A stretch of 63,325 nucleotides of DNA, the filler included, from Hyphochytrium catenoides (Eukaryota > Protista > Hyphochytriomycota): the NCBI GenBank assembly GCA_900088475.1. It is 7 parts of 7 records of this genome, joined end to end, with 100 filler letters (N's around TTAATTAATTAA, not from the genome) between each part and the next. Parts side by side here need not be neighbours in the genome. Positions count along the whole stretch, not along the records: positions 1 to 9,035 come from FLMG01001459.1; positions 9,136 to 12,467 come from FLMG01002614.1; 5 more parts are not named here. The stretch is one strand, 5' to 3'. A program made the position numbers and the translations under genes. The notes beneath the pieces are model-generated. The model had not been told where the DNA came from, searched no databases, and was given only the letters and a program-made list of their open reading frames with translations. Positions 1 to 12,397 of the stretch are shown piece by piece. Positions within the stretch are counted from its first letter, which is position 1; the number at the start of each line of letters is the position of its first letter.

Positions 1-706
1 AACCACGCGGATCGAACGGTCGCAGCTGAACGCGATGTACACTTCTTTCGACGCCGTTTGATCAGACAAGTGTCCTTGGCTCTGCACCAGGAGGCAGCCC
101 GAATGATTGTTTCCCGGTTGACCCCTTCTGCGCCTTTTTTTGCTGCTTAACCCTCTTCTCCGCTTTCTTCTTCTTCTCCCACCTCTCTTTCTTTTCCTCC
201 TCCTTCTTCTTCTCAACGAACCTACGACCGCCCCGGCTCCTGTTCCTTCTTCTCGTGTTGATGTTCAAGACGAGAATCAAGAATGTCTTCTCTCGCATTA
301 TTGGTGAGGAAGATGATCTCCCCGCGTCCTCCTCAGTGTCCCCGCAGCTCCCGCTTCCTGCCCAACATCCTCCCCGGCCGCCGCCCTTGGTGGTGGGGTG
401 ATGATGGAGCTGCTTTCTTCCTCTTTTTCTCTTTTATCTCTAACCTACTAGTACTTTTCGCGCTTGTTCTTCTTGTTCGTATCTTGTTCTCTAAACAGTA
501 GTCTAATAGTCACTCCTTCATCATTGCTCGTTATTTTTTAGTATAATTCAAATCCGCTTGTAAACCTATAGAAACGGGAAATCGAAACCGGATAACCTAT
601 ATGTTGTCAATTTATTAGAGTTTATAAACAAGTGTAAACGGATAACAGTGTATGAACCTACTAATCATTACGACCCTACCGAACGACCTTAATTAAACCG
701 CGGTTA

Positions 707-3700
707 TTATGCTGGCCCCGAATATATCGTTCGCCAGGAACTGCTGTAGCAGAGTTGCACATAAAGTGTTCCAACACTGATGGAGTAACCAAGTTGCCCA
801 TCTGTGCTGCAGCTAGCCGCTGCTACTGGGATCACCATGGTTCCCGAGAAGGTAGCAATGCCGCTGAAGGTCGCTGTTCCGGCACTAATCGCACTAGCGA
901 ATGTCACTGCGTTATTGAAGGTGGTGTCACCAGTGATTGCCAAGCCCCCAGAAGACGTAATGCTGGCCGCACCCGACGAGACGGTAGCCAAGGTCAGAGA
1001 GTTTGTTTCTCCAAGCTGTAGCTGGAAAATGTCCGGGTCCAGTGTCGTGCCGTGGAACTTAATATTGCTTCCGCCTTTAAAGAGTGCATTGCCGCCCACA
1101 TTGAAGGTCAAATCATTAGCTGCTGTAAGCAGCATGTTGCCTCCAGCTCTGATATCTACGACGTCGCTAAAGTCCACCGTCAAATCATTGTTACCGTCAA
1201 GCAAGAGCAGCGTATCCGCTGTAAGGGTAATTGATGCTGAAGTCACGGCGGTTGTTAAGTGGTCGCTACGCATGACTTCCACTGGGGTTGCTTGACCGGA
1301 GTTTATAGTGAAAGTTCCAGGGGTTGTAGCTTGGCCAAGGTTGATAATAACATCGCCCCCGACATTATTCCCATCATCGCCCGCGGTCATAATCACGTCA
1401 CCACTGGACCACAGTTTAAGAAGACTTCCAGATGAGCTATCTCCAGAACCCACCGACAGCTCAACTGACCCTCCGGTTGGGCCCCCTCCTGCAACTCCGC
1501 TCTTGATCGTGACAGATCCACTCTGACTGGTTGAAGCTCCAGTTTCAATTAGTACGTCTCCGCTGGTCCCAGTGCTTCCCCCTGCTGCCGAAGCTATGGT
1601 GACTGCTCCACTATCTCCAGTCGCAGCTTTTCCAGAGAGAATTGAAAGCTCGCCGCCGATGTCGCCATACCCCGCGGATAGGGTCATCGAACCACCGAAA
1701 GCAGATCCGGCACCGCTCGTCAGGGAGACCATCCCTCCGGTGGAGGTTCCAGTCAAAAAGCTCCCTGCTGAAACGGCAACACTTCCACCTGTACCTGTAC
1801 CTGTACCTGCTCCGACCGAAAGCAGGATATTTCCGCTCCCGCTACTACCAGAACCGGTGTGGATACTTATGGACCCCGAGGTACCAGCAGTGCTTATTCC
1901 GGTTTCAAAGGTCAATGCACCAGTCGCAATCGCCGTATCGGCAGATTTAACCTGTACATTACCACTAGCGAACCCACCACCGACGCCAGAGAGCAGCGAC
2001 AGCTTGCCTCCTGGTGCGCTCAAGCTCTCTCCTGCTTCAACCAGAAAGTCGCCCCCAGTGCTACCACTGCCTCCAGTCAGGGCGATTTTCCCTCCGCTCG
2101 TGATACCTGAACCTGCGTCTAACTGAATGCTGCCTCCAGTGTTGGCAGGTCCAACGCTAAGAGCTATAGATCCACTCATTCCGCCACTGACCGGTCCTGT
2201 GGCTACCTTGACGTCTCCAGTGACTCCACCGCTTGCAGGTGAGGAACCGGTGACCAAGTAGAGGTGACCACTATTATCAGCATTGTCACCGGTCTGGAGC
2301 ATCAAGGATCCGCTTGTGAGGCCCGTGATTGAGGCTGAGGAAAGGGTAATATCACCACTGACACCGGTAGAAGAAGCTGCTGATCCTGAATTGAGTACTA
2401 AAGATCCTCCTTGATTAAGTCCCGATCCTCCGAATAGCTTCAAATCACCGCCGGTTGCCCCTGAGGCGTATCCACTGCTAAGGATCAGTGATCCTGCTGC
2501 TGTGGTCCCCTTGCCAACCAGGATCGAAAGAGTGCCCGCTGTAGAGGACGAAGAATCTCCTGTGGACAGGGTTAGTCCTCCTGAAGACCCTCCCAAGGCG
2601 TCACCTGTAGCTAGAGCGACCAAACCGGTAGGCCCGCCGGTGGAGAGCCCTGAACCTATCTGAATGGAACCAGAAAATCCACCACTTCCAGAATGTAATG
2701 TGACGGACCCGCCCGTTCCTAGACTTGTCGCTGAACCCCCCCGAATACTTACACTGCCACCACCCACAGAGTTCATCGCAGCGTTCGTATTATCACCACC
2801 AGCTACAGTCAAAGAACCACCGGCTGCGGTACTGCTGGTGGCACCGGCCAAGAGGTCTATGTCTCCCCCTGTTCCCTGCGTGCCGGGCCCCACAGATAGT
2901 ATGATCGCGCCGCCATGTCCATCCGTTGCGATTCCAGTACTAATCAATACCTCCCCTGATGAGCCTGAAGTAGAATCTCCGGTTGAGAGGACGATAGTCC
3001 CGCTTGCGGCTGCGCTGCTTGTCGCTACCTCAACGTTTCCTCCAAGCATCGTGCCAGGACCAGTGATCAGCGATATTTTTCCACCTTCTCCTGCAACTCC
3101 GCTTCCAATTCCAGAATGTACAACCACGTCGCCACCATCTCTAAGGCCACTAAGTCCTGCTTGCAGTGAGATGGAGCCTGCCGTTAAAGAGGAGGATCCT
3201 GTAGCGAGAAATACGCTTCCCGAAGTTCCACCTGCTGCCGAACCTGAGCTTAAAGTTAGAGTTCCACTAACCCCACTGACCCCACCGTCCTGCGATCTGA
3301 TTACCACGATACCGCTGCTTGTCTGACTGCTTCGTCCGGAGCTGATGATGACACCGCCACCCCTGTGATCAGCCGCTGTGGTTGACCCCGCGTCGAGTAC
3401 AATAGATCCACCAGGGCCGACAGTGCCCGAGCCCACACTTAGCTGGATCCTACCGGCGGTTCCAGCAGGAGAGTAACCAGTGGAGAGGACCACTGAACCC
3501 GAGGATCCCCCGCTTGTAAGCCCTGATGCAACAAGAACATCCCCACTACCACCGCTGGACGCAGCCGAGGACAAAATCACCGAGCCACTTAGTGCAGAAG
3601 CCGAATCACTGGATCCTGAGATAAGTACTAAATCCCCTCCTGGGCCGGTGGCCCCGACCCCTCCCGCGAGCGACATTGTACCGCCTGTTGAACCACTTCC

Positions 3701-6700
3701 GGCAATTGTTTCGAAAGACCCCCCTCCAATGCCAACCTGCATGCGGATGCTACCGCTTGTCCCAGATGTAGAGGGTCCTGTTGAGAGAATGAGATCTCCG
3801 CTACTACCACCTGAGGTTGCTCCCGTTGCCAAAATCAAAGACCCGCTGTCCCCTGCGGCACCTGGGACACCTGATGCAATGGATATAATACCACTGGAAG
3901 CCGCCGAATCAGAGCCCGACCCACTCTCTAAGGAAATGGCCCCGCCTCCTGTAAAACTAGAACCACCCATTATGGAGACGTCTCCCCCGGCGCCACCAGC
4001 AGGATCCGTTGCAGCCCCTCCTTTAATCCATGTCTTGCCTCCGGCAGCCCCCGACGAGCTTGTGTGACCTGCCACAAGGACCAAGGACCCACCATCCGCT
4101 GCAGTGCTAGACCCAGCTGTGATAGAGACTGAGCCCCCTGTTAGCGCTGCTCCACCTGAAAGAGTCAATCGTCCTGAAGAGCTTGTAGCAGCTCCCGTCC
4201 AAATAGATATTGGTCCACTTGCACCTGCATCTCCTGCATCAGCTGTCGCGATAGAAACTCTTCCGCTGGACGTAGATGAGCCCCAGCCGCTCTTGAGCGT
4301 GACCGTTCCTCCTGTGGCGGAAGACCCATCACCAGCTTGCAGCAACAAAACTCCTCCGGAAAGCCCGTATCCAGAAGACAGCCTAATGGCACCTCCTTCG
4401 TTTGCCGTAGCAGTACCTGCAGCTAATACTATTGCGCCACCATCACTAGAATCCCCAGAGCCCACTGAGATTGTGATATCTCCGCCATTACCGCCAGCAC
4501 TCGCCCCACTTAAGATCTCTATCACGCCTGAGCTGCCGCCACTTGCCACCCCAGTTGAAAGTGTCACGCTACCACTTACACCAGTTACACCCGAATCGGA
4601 AGAGTGTAGCTGTACCCCTCCGCTATTGATGCCTCCACCACTTGTCAGCAGCAGGGTCCCACCGTCGCCAGCTGTCGCCGATCCTGCACGGGCCTCTATC
4701 GCTCCTCCTGCTGCACCACCTTCTCCGCCAACAAGCAATAGCTTGCCTCCTGTTTCGGCTGTCGATTCACCCGCTACGAAAGTTATGCTACCGCCGGACC
4801 CCATTCCAGGGCCGCTCGACCCTACCGAGAGAGTAATTCCTCCAGCGCGAGCGCCCGCATCGCTGCTGCCTGTAGCTAACGAGATACCACCGCCCTCACC
4901 GATTGTCGTCACTCCGGTGCGTAGAGCGATATGTCCACTGGCTCCCACTATGCCTGAATTCCGCGTCGAGAGTACGATTGAGCCGCTAGATGTGTAGCCA
5001 GCGCCTCCTTTAAAACTGAGAGAGCCGCCTAAATTCGTCCTTCCCTCACCGGCAGTGAGCTCCAAGTCCCCGCCAAAGCTACTGCCCATTCCCCCTACAA
5101 TAAAGAGCTTACCCCCGGTTGCATCGGAAGAGGTGCCAGATGAGAGCATAAGAGAACCTCCAACACCCTCTCCTTGGCCTACTTCAAGCAGTATATGCCC
5201 TCCTGCCCCACCCACAGCAGCTCCGGAAGATAGAGTCAGGGCTCCAGAAGGGCCGCTAGTTGCGGTTCCAGTGCTTATAAGGACCTTTCCACTAACACCA
5301 GCGGCTCCAGCACTCGCGCTTCCGAGGATCATATCTCCACTTGTACTAGCAATGCTATAACCACTCGTAAAATATAGGGAACCTCCTGTCGCAGTTCCGC
5401 TGGCACCACCTTGCACGACAACATTGCCGCCCTCGTTGCTCCCTCCAGCAAAGCCTGCAGAAAGTGCTATTGAACCACTGGCTGCCGATGATGTAGCGCC
5501 AGTGGATAAGAACAAGGATCCAGAACCTCCAGATTGTGCGCGTCCTGAAGCTATTGTGATGTCACCGCTTGGAGCGGTGCCGCTTGAGTCAGCTGTCACA
5601 AGCAAAATACCACCGCCAGAAGCACCACTTGCCTCTCCGCCTACAAGCTTGACCGAGCCCCCTCCATATGTCGACCCTGCCCCACCGGATATGGTTACGG
5701 TGCCACCTGTTGCACCGTCCCCGCCCCTGATTGAAACTGGACCACCCGTAGATGTGGCCAGGCTGGTGGAACCTGCAGTAAACGTTACTTGTCCCCCAAC
5801 TGGTCCAGCGCCTGGGCCAACGCTTAGCCGTATCGAGCCTCCTGTTACGCCAGCCCGCCCTGAGTAAAGCTGGATGGAACCGCTAGAGAATGATGATGAA
5901 GCGCCGGTACGAATCACTATCCCTCCAGTTTCGGAATTAGATGTGCTCCCAGAAGCCAGCACGATAGACCCAGACGGGGCATACGTTGAGCTCCCAGAGC
6001 TAAGAGTTATTGCTCCACTAGAGGCAGAACCAGAAATGGCTGATTCAAAGAGTAAAGCACCGCTGCTTGTGGTTTGTGAACGGCCACTTGCAAGGCGGAC
6101 GCTACCACCCCAGCTCGTCGCGCCTAAGCCTCCTTCAATCGTAACTGTTCCTCCTCGACCACCGGATGCGCCACTGCCAACACCCCCAACGATGTCAATA
6201 GCACCACCAGCGGACGTATCAGCGCCTGTCAGCCCGGCCGTCATATAAATGGCACCGCCATCACCAAAGACACCACTACCCACACTTAACTGAATATCAC
6301 CACCAACTCCACCGCCACTGGAAGACCCAGTCACCAGGTTAACCCTGCCAGAAGATCCTACAGTTGCCTTACCGGTAGATAGAGTGAGTGTACCACTCAA
6401 ACCGCTAGTACCGGCGTGATTACTACCAATCACAGCATTTCCACTGCTGTCCGTGGTGCTGGAGCCGGAAAGCAAGTACACACTGCCACCCAACCCTGCC
6501 GCAGATAGACCGCCCCGGATTTGCACAGAGCCACCCACACCGTCAGTCAGACCTTGAGCCCCACCACCAACAACGTCAATGGAGCCTGCAGTCATACCAT
6601 CACTCAGCGCGTTGCCAGCCCAAACATTAATCATACCCCCAACCGCAGTATTACTGTCGCCTACCGATAACCGAATCATACCACCCGAACCGAAATGCGC

Positions 6701-9035
6701 GTCACCAGTAGAGAGTAGCACGCTCCCCGAGGATCCTGTCCCGGCATCACCGCTACCCACCTCTATACGACCACTTACACCAGACCCCGAGACAGCTGTG
6801 TGAAGCAAGAGGTTACCACTACTAGAGCTTGTGCCCTCACCTGAAGACAGCACGACCTCACCGCCATACCCAGTAGCATCCGATGTACCACCAGCAGACA
6901 ATAAGATACGGCCACCAGATCCAGCATCACCAAGACCAACCATCAGATCAATATCGCCCCCTTGACCTCCAAACGAAGACCCCGTCAGCAACGAGATGTA
7001 GCCGGATGACCCCCCATTCGAAGCACCAGTATATATCATGATATCCCCACTCACTCCATTAGCTGAGTCCGCAGAGGACATATCCACAACGCCGCTGCTT
7101 GCAGACGTACCAGAACCAGATTGAAGAGTAAGGGCCCCTCCAACCCCGGAAGCAGAAGAAGAGTCACCTGTAATAATGTCGATGGCACCACCAGTAGCAG
7201 AAGTTCCGCCACCCACAGACAGCATAATTGCACCTCCGCTACCAGAGCCAGAGATGCCAGTGGAGATGACAATAGCACCAGTTGTTCCCAACGATGCGGA
7301 GCCACTACTTAGAGTAATAGAGCCGCTTACTCCTGCCGTTCCGGCATCCGCACTGCCTAGCGTCAACGAACCGCTACTAGAAGCCACACCTGCACCACTC
7401 AAGAGACGAATATCACCGCCATAGCTGCTGCCACCTACACCGCCGACTACACGCACAGAACCTCCCCGTCCGCCACCGATCCCACTACCATAGCCTCCGT
7501 AAATACCAACCCTGCCGCCAGATGACGTACCGGCACTCGACAATCCCGCCATCAACGAAATTGCACCACCATCACCGAGCACACCATTACCCACACTCAG
7601 TTGGATGCCACCTCCGGCCCCGCCGCCAATAGAGGAACCAGTCACCACGTCAATACCGCCAGACGAACTAGCAGACGACCTGCCAGTTGATAGCACCAAA
7701 CTGCCACTAACACCGCTAGCGCCAGCGTTGGAAGTACCAACTACAGCATTACCACTCCGGCTCGCCATACTGGAGCCAGATATCAGTTGGACACTGCCAC
7801 CAAATGCAGCGGCAGAAAGACCGCCGCGAATCTGCACAAAGCCACCCACACCACCTGTACCACCTTGAGCCGCACCAGCAACAATCTCAATCGAACCCGC
7901 AGTCATACCGTCACTCATGGCGCCACCAGAACGAATATCTATCATGCCACCAACAGCATCTGTGCTGTCGCCTACCGACAGTTGGATCATACCACTAGAA
8001 CCGGACTGTGCCTCTCCGGTAGAGAGTAGTACACCACCAGAAGATCCTGACACCGCTGCACCGCTACTCACCTCTACACGACCACTTATACCAGAGCCGG
8101 CTCGGGCCGTATGGAACAAAATGCTCCCACTACTAGACGCAATCCCATAACCAGAAGAGAGCACGACTCGACCGCCATACCCATTGCCATCTGATGTTGC
8201 ACCAGCAGACAAGGATACATGACCACCAGATCCGGTATCACCACCTCCAACCGTCAAATCAATATTGCCTCCTCGACCTGCAGCAGAAGAGCCCGTCATC
8301 AACGAAATCTGGCCGGATGAGTCCCCACCAGAAGCGCCAGTACGGATCACAATGTCGCCACTCCCGCCGCCACTTGAGTCCGATGAGGATATATCCACAT
8401 AGCCGCTAGTCGAAGACACGCCAGAGCCCGATTGGAGAGTGATGATGCCTCCAATCCCGGAAGGAGAAGTAGAGCCACCCGCAATGATATTAATGGCACC
8501 ACCTGTGGCCGAAGCCCCATCGCCTACAGACAACACGATCGCACCTCCAGTCCCAGAAGCAGAGACGCCGGTCGAAATAGTGGCAGCACCGGATGTTCCG
8601 GACGATGCAGAGCCACTACTTATAGTAACGGAACCGCTGACACCCGTTGGGCCCGCGTCCATACTGCCTAACGTCACAGAACCGCTACTAGAAGTCAAAC
8701 CTGCGCCACTCAAAAGACGGATATCACCACCATAGCTGCTGCCACCTACACCACCAGCAACAATGACAGAGCCTCCCCGTCCGCCACTGACACCACTGCC
8801 ATAGCCTCCATAAATGTCAACACCGCCACCCGCTGAGGTACTGGCACTCGTCAGCCCCGCCGTCAATGAGATCGCGGCACCATCACCCCAAACACCATTA
8901 CCGACACTCAATCGGATGCCTCCACCCACTCCACCGCCACTAGAAGAACCAGTCACGACGTCAATACCGCCAGAGGAGCCTACCGTTGATCTGCCTGTTG
9001 ATAGTCTCAGTGAACCACTCACACCATTAGCGCCA
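707..9035 (-). CDS. Giant Gly/Ser-rich repeat protein (>2770 aa), predicted beta-solenoid/fibre; 5'-truncated at contig end, intronless in the visible part
   Basis: The ORF is uninterrupted for 8.3 kb and still open at the contig end (..GANGVSGSL..). It is built from ~14-15-aa G(G/S)x[IV]x[LI]x[ST]G units, with a 1311-bp (437-aa) super-repeat (equivalent positions ~8732, 7421, 6110). There is a distinct non-repeat C-terminal ~200 aa and a TAA stop at 707-709. Confidence 0.9.
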
Positions 9036-9135
9036 NNNNNNNNNNNNNNNNNNNNNNNNNNNNNNNNNNNNNNNNNNNNTTAATTAATTAANNNNNNNNN
9101 NNNNNNNNNNNNNNNNNNNNNNNNNNNNNNNNNNN
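9036..9135. other. Artificial contig linker N44-TTAATTAATTAA-N44 (also at 12468-12567, 22774-22873, 39187-39286, 44158-44257, 56956-57055)
   Basis: An identical 100-nt spacer with a six-frame-stop 12-mer occurs six times. Confidence 0.98.
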
Positions 9136-9190
9136 ACGGCTACTTTTGGAGTTGCATCACTTAAGTGATGCAACTTTACAGTAGGGATAT
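9136..9190 (+). repeat. Terminus of a multicopy element containing a perfect 26-bp palindrome
   Basis: 9136-9190 is the exact reverse complement of 56901-56955. The palindrome AGTTGCATCACTT-AAGTGATGCAACT lies at 9150-9175. Confidence 0.9.
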
Positions 9191-10176
9191 GAGGACCTAG
9201 AGGACGAAATGACGAAAGGGCGGACGACAGCCGCACGGCTAATCGCCGATGCTCCCAAGGCGACGGCATTTTCTCCTGTCAGGAAGGAAGACGGACACTT
9301 GGCGCCCCTTCCTCCCCGTCTAGAACTACTACGATGCTGTACAACTGCGTCAACAGTGGTAACTCGTTCTTGAGTAGAACTATCAAATTTATTACGACGA
9401 TCATTGCTCTGTGCTCTGTGACTTGAATGGGTTTATTTATCTCCCTGGCATTCTCTCAGTGTAAACCCGTGACTGAGAAACTATTGAAAGAAAGAGTGGT
9501 ACCTAGAAATACCTCTCGAGTTCTACAGAGTCATGAGGTTGGGTTGAGGTTTTACGATCCGTTTCTTTGGATTTGAACTACGACAAAACCCTTGTCAGCC
9601 ATTCAGCCATACATTACTATCGGAATAAATGTATGCTTTGCACAACATCAATAAACGTAAAATAAACGTAAAAAGTAGGCTCTACAGGTGGCCTTTTTGA
9701 CCGACGAAATGGGTCATGTCGAATTTTTTTAATAAAGAAAAAAAGGGTAATAATAATGGTAGTTCTAGTTCTACTGTTCAGCCACGAATCTGCTGCAGAC
9801 TTCGTATGTTCTTGCTACAAGACAGGCTCTTCGTACTAGTAGAAAAACAGTCAAAGACGCTTTGTTTGTTCTTATAAAAAGAAAACTGGATGCCTGTCTC
9901 TCTCCTCCTTGGCTTGGCTCTTGACTCCTACTCTCTCTGCCTCTTCGTTCTCTGTCTCCTCACCTCTCTTATTATAGCCGCATCAACGACTCTCATGCTC
10001 TTTCATCTGCAAATTATGAGGAAGATTTCTCCACCATCAGCATCGACCCCTGTGGCTCGACAGGCCTGCCTTCTCGTCTTCAAGGACGAACCTTTTGTTC
10101 AACTTCATGACCTCATTCAATGGCAGCTTCTTCGTCATCGCTCGTCCTCCCAGAGGCACCTTATGCTGCCCTCGCC

Positions 10177-10267
10177 GTGATGGTGGCGAAGGGTTAGAAG
10201 AGTCTACATCCGCCTAGTCTTCTCGGTCAAGGGAATCAGCTGGCTGGTTCGAATCCCACTACTCCCC
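10177..10267 (+). pseudogene. Degenerate tRNA-like sequence (tRNA pseudogene or SINE head)
   Basis: B-box/T-loop GGTTCGAATCCC at 10246-10257 and an A-box-like TGGCGAAGGGTT at ~10184. The acceptor and T stems do not pair properly. Confidence 0.25.
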
Positions 10268-11599
10268 CCGCTCCTTGTCTCTCTTCTTTTCTTTTGGCCC
10301 AGGTTCTATTGTTCTATTAGGTCCCGCCCCTTCTCTTCCTGCTGTCAGTTTATTCTCCTTATTATTAGTCGTCAGGATAACAGACTCTTCTAGTCTCTAC
10401 TAACAGCACACCCGCTAGCACTGAAAAGCCATGCAGATATAGAGTTAACGACGGTACGAAGACTGCAAAGCAACACACACCACAACAAATCTACAGTTCT
10501 TCTACTGATCTAACGGTTGGGGGCGCTAGATCGACTCTTTTCCAGAGCTTCTAGACGATACCTCGATTCTTGAAATAGCAGGACTGAAGAGGCCCTTCAA
10601 CATCCTCACAACTACTAGAAAGAAGAACAACAGTGGTCTGCTCCAAGCCTGGGGAATAAAATGGTTCGATTCATTATTGCTTCCCTCAGCTCAACGACGG
10701 AAAGTAAGCAGGCATCATTGCCGCACAGCGCCTGCTATAACAACGTCTGAGCTGAGCAGTGGGACGCAGACGACCTTAGTAATATTTCTGGGTGTTGTTG
10801 GGAAGATGCTGGCAATGCCGATCGATTCTCGTCGGTTTGACTTGTGCTCAGATCTCGGCGTTAGCTTGTTCCTTTTTCACTACCTCTGTTTGTGGCACGT
10901 GCTCATCACCCGCGCCATGTATGTCGTAAATAAATGACCAGCACGGTGCCTCGTAGAACGGGGAGAGAGACACGAGATCAAGGATGAAGAGAGGCAAAAA
11001 GCAAGAAGAGAGAAAGGGAAAGCCGAGGGGCGAAGGTTGAGGGGAGAGGCGCAAAAGGCAAGACGAGAGGAAGAGAAAGACGAGCAGTCGGCAGCATTGG
11101 GATGCTGGTGGGACCGTACTCAGGTCGTGGTATCAGGGAACGACCTGATATACGACAAATCCTCTTCCTCTTGGAGAGCTGAGACAGTATTTCTATTCCT
11201 CCCTCCTCCTCCTCCCATGTTGTCATGCTCGGTTCCCCATAGGAGTTCTTAATGGGAAGGTAGCAGTAGTCTCGTCGGAACCCTCCTTGAACTAGCAGAT
11301 ACTAGAAGAAAAGTCAGAGGTAATGGCGGTATTCATGTTAGAAAGTAGTGCTGCCACCTATACTGACTACCGTAGCATATCCCAAACGCTATCATCGTGA
11401 AAGGTGAGGAAGAAGGCTGTCTTTATCTTGTACAAGTACCCAAAACCTCACTTGATAAAGGCGATAGCTGATCGGAGTACGCCCGACTTCCTACTATATT
11501 TCGCCTGCATTGCACCACGCACCCAAGATCCCGTTTCCACTATCAGAAAAGGCGATGGGACAGCTACGTGAACTGGACCATCCCTTGGTAACTGCTGAG

Positions 11600-12397
11600 T
11601 CAGCCATAACAGCGAATGCGCGATGTCTCCCCTTTAGCTGCACTTTGGCCGCCTTTCTCCAGGTAGCGCTGATGATACTCCTCGGCCTCCCAAAATCTCG
11701 CTGCCTCTTTAATCTCAGTTACGACTGGTTTCGGTCCCAGTCGCGCTTGGACTGCTTCCCTGCTGGCAATGGCTAACTTCATCTGCTCCTCGGTTGTGAC
11801 GTATATTCCCGTCCGATACTGTGTGCCGAAGTCATTACCCTGATATAAATAATAAGAAGTCACTCTTCTTAGTTACTTCGAGAGATAAGATATCGAGGCG
11901 TCATAGATCGTTTGGGTCCACACCTGTCTATTAAGTTGTGTTGGGTCAATCCTGCTCCAGAATAGATCCAGCAGCGTGTTGTAGGGCACGACTGAGGGGT
12001 TGTACACAATGCGGACAGCTTCCGCATGGCCTGCACGAAGAAGGCTGAGTACGCTTACAAAGACAACGTCCATCGGGGCTGTCTAATGGGGAACGCAGCC
12101 CACCATCTTATTCATGCTCGCCCGATTGCGTTTAGGTACCTGTGGTGCCGGCACATACTTCTCGATATGTGGGGTTGGGAACGTGGCCCTGCGTATATCC
12201 TACTCTCGTATCGAGAACCCCACGCACTCTTTGATATGCCAGCTCCAAACCCCAAAAGCAGCCACCAGCAAAGACTGCCATCTCCTCCTTGACGGGAGCA
12301 TCTGGTCCCAGCGGTTCTTGTGAGGAAGGACATCGTGAACGCCTGTCGGCGCAACCACCAGTACCAGAAAGTGGCACAACTGCGAATAGCGCTCCAC
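11600..12397 (-). CDS. msrA: Peptide methionine sulfoxide reductase A (3 visible exons; 5' end lost at contig end)
   Basis: Catalytic [16 protein letters not shown]|[13 protein letters not shown]|[24 protein letters not shown] and a plant/algal-type C-terminal IRCYG. Exons are about 12397-12140, 12030-11924 and 11839-11600, with GT-AG introns. Confidence 0.95.

Noticed and set aside
755-9083. Many long + strand ORFs rich in Pro/Glu/Thr overlapping the giant gene
   Set aside because: They are antisense shadows of Gly/Ser codons (GGN gives NCC) with no independent coding signal.
9080-9091. TTAATTAATTAA repeated six times as a possible biological repeat or array
   Set aside because: It is always centred in N44/N44 padding, so it is an artificial concatenation linker. 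Cross-linker gene clusters such as MsrA with SelO as a redox locus are therefore not supported.
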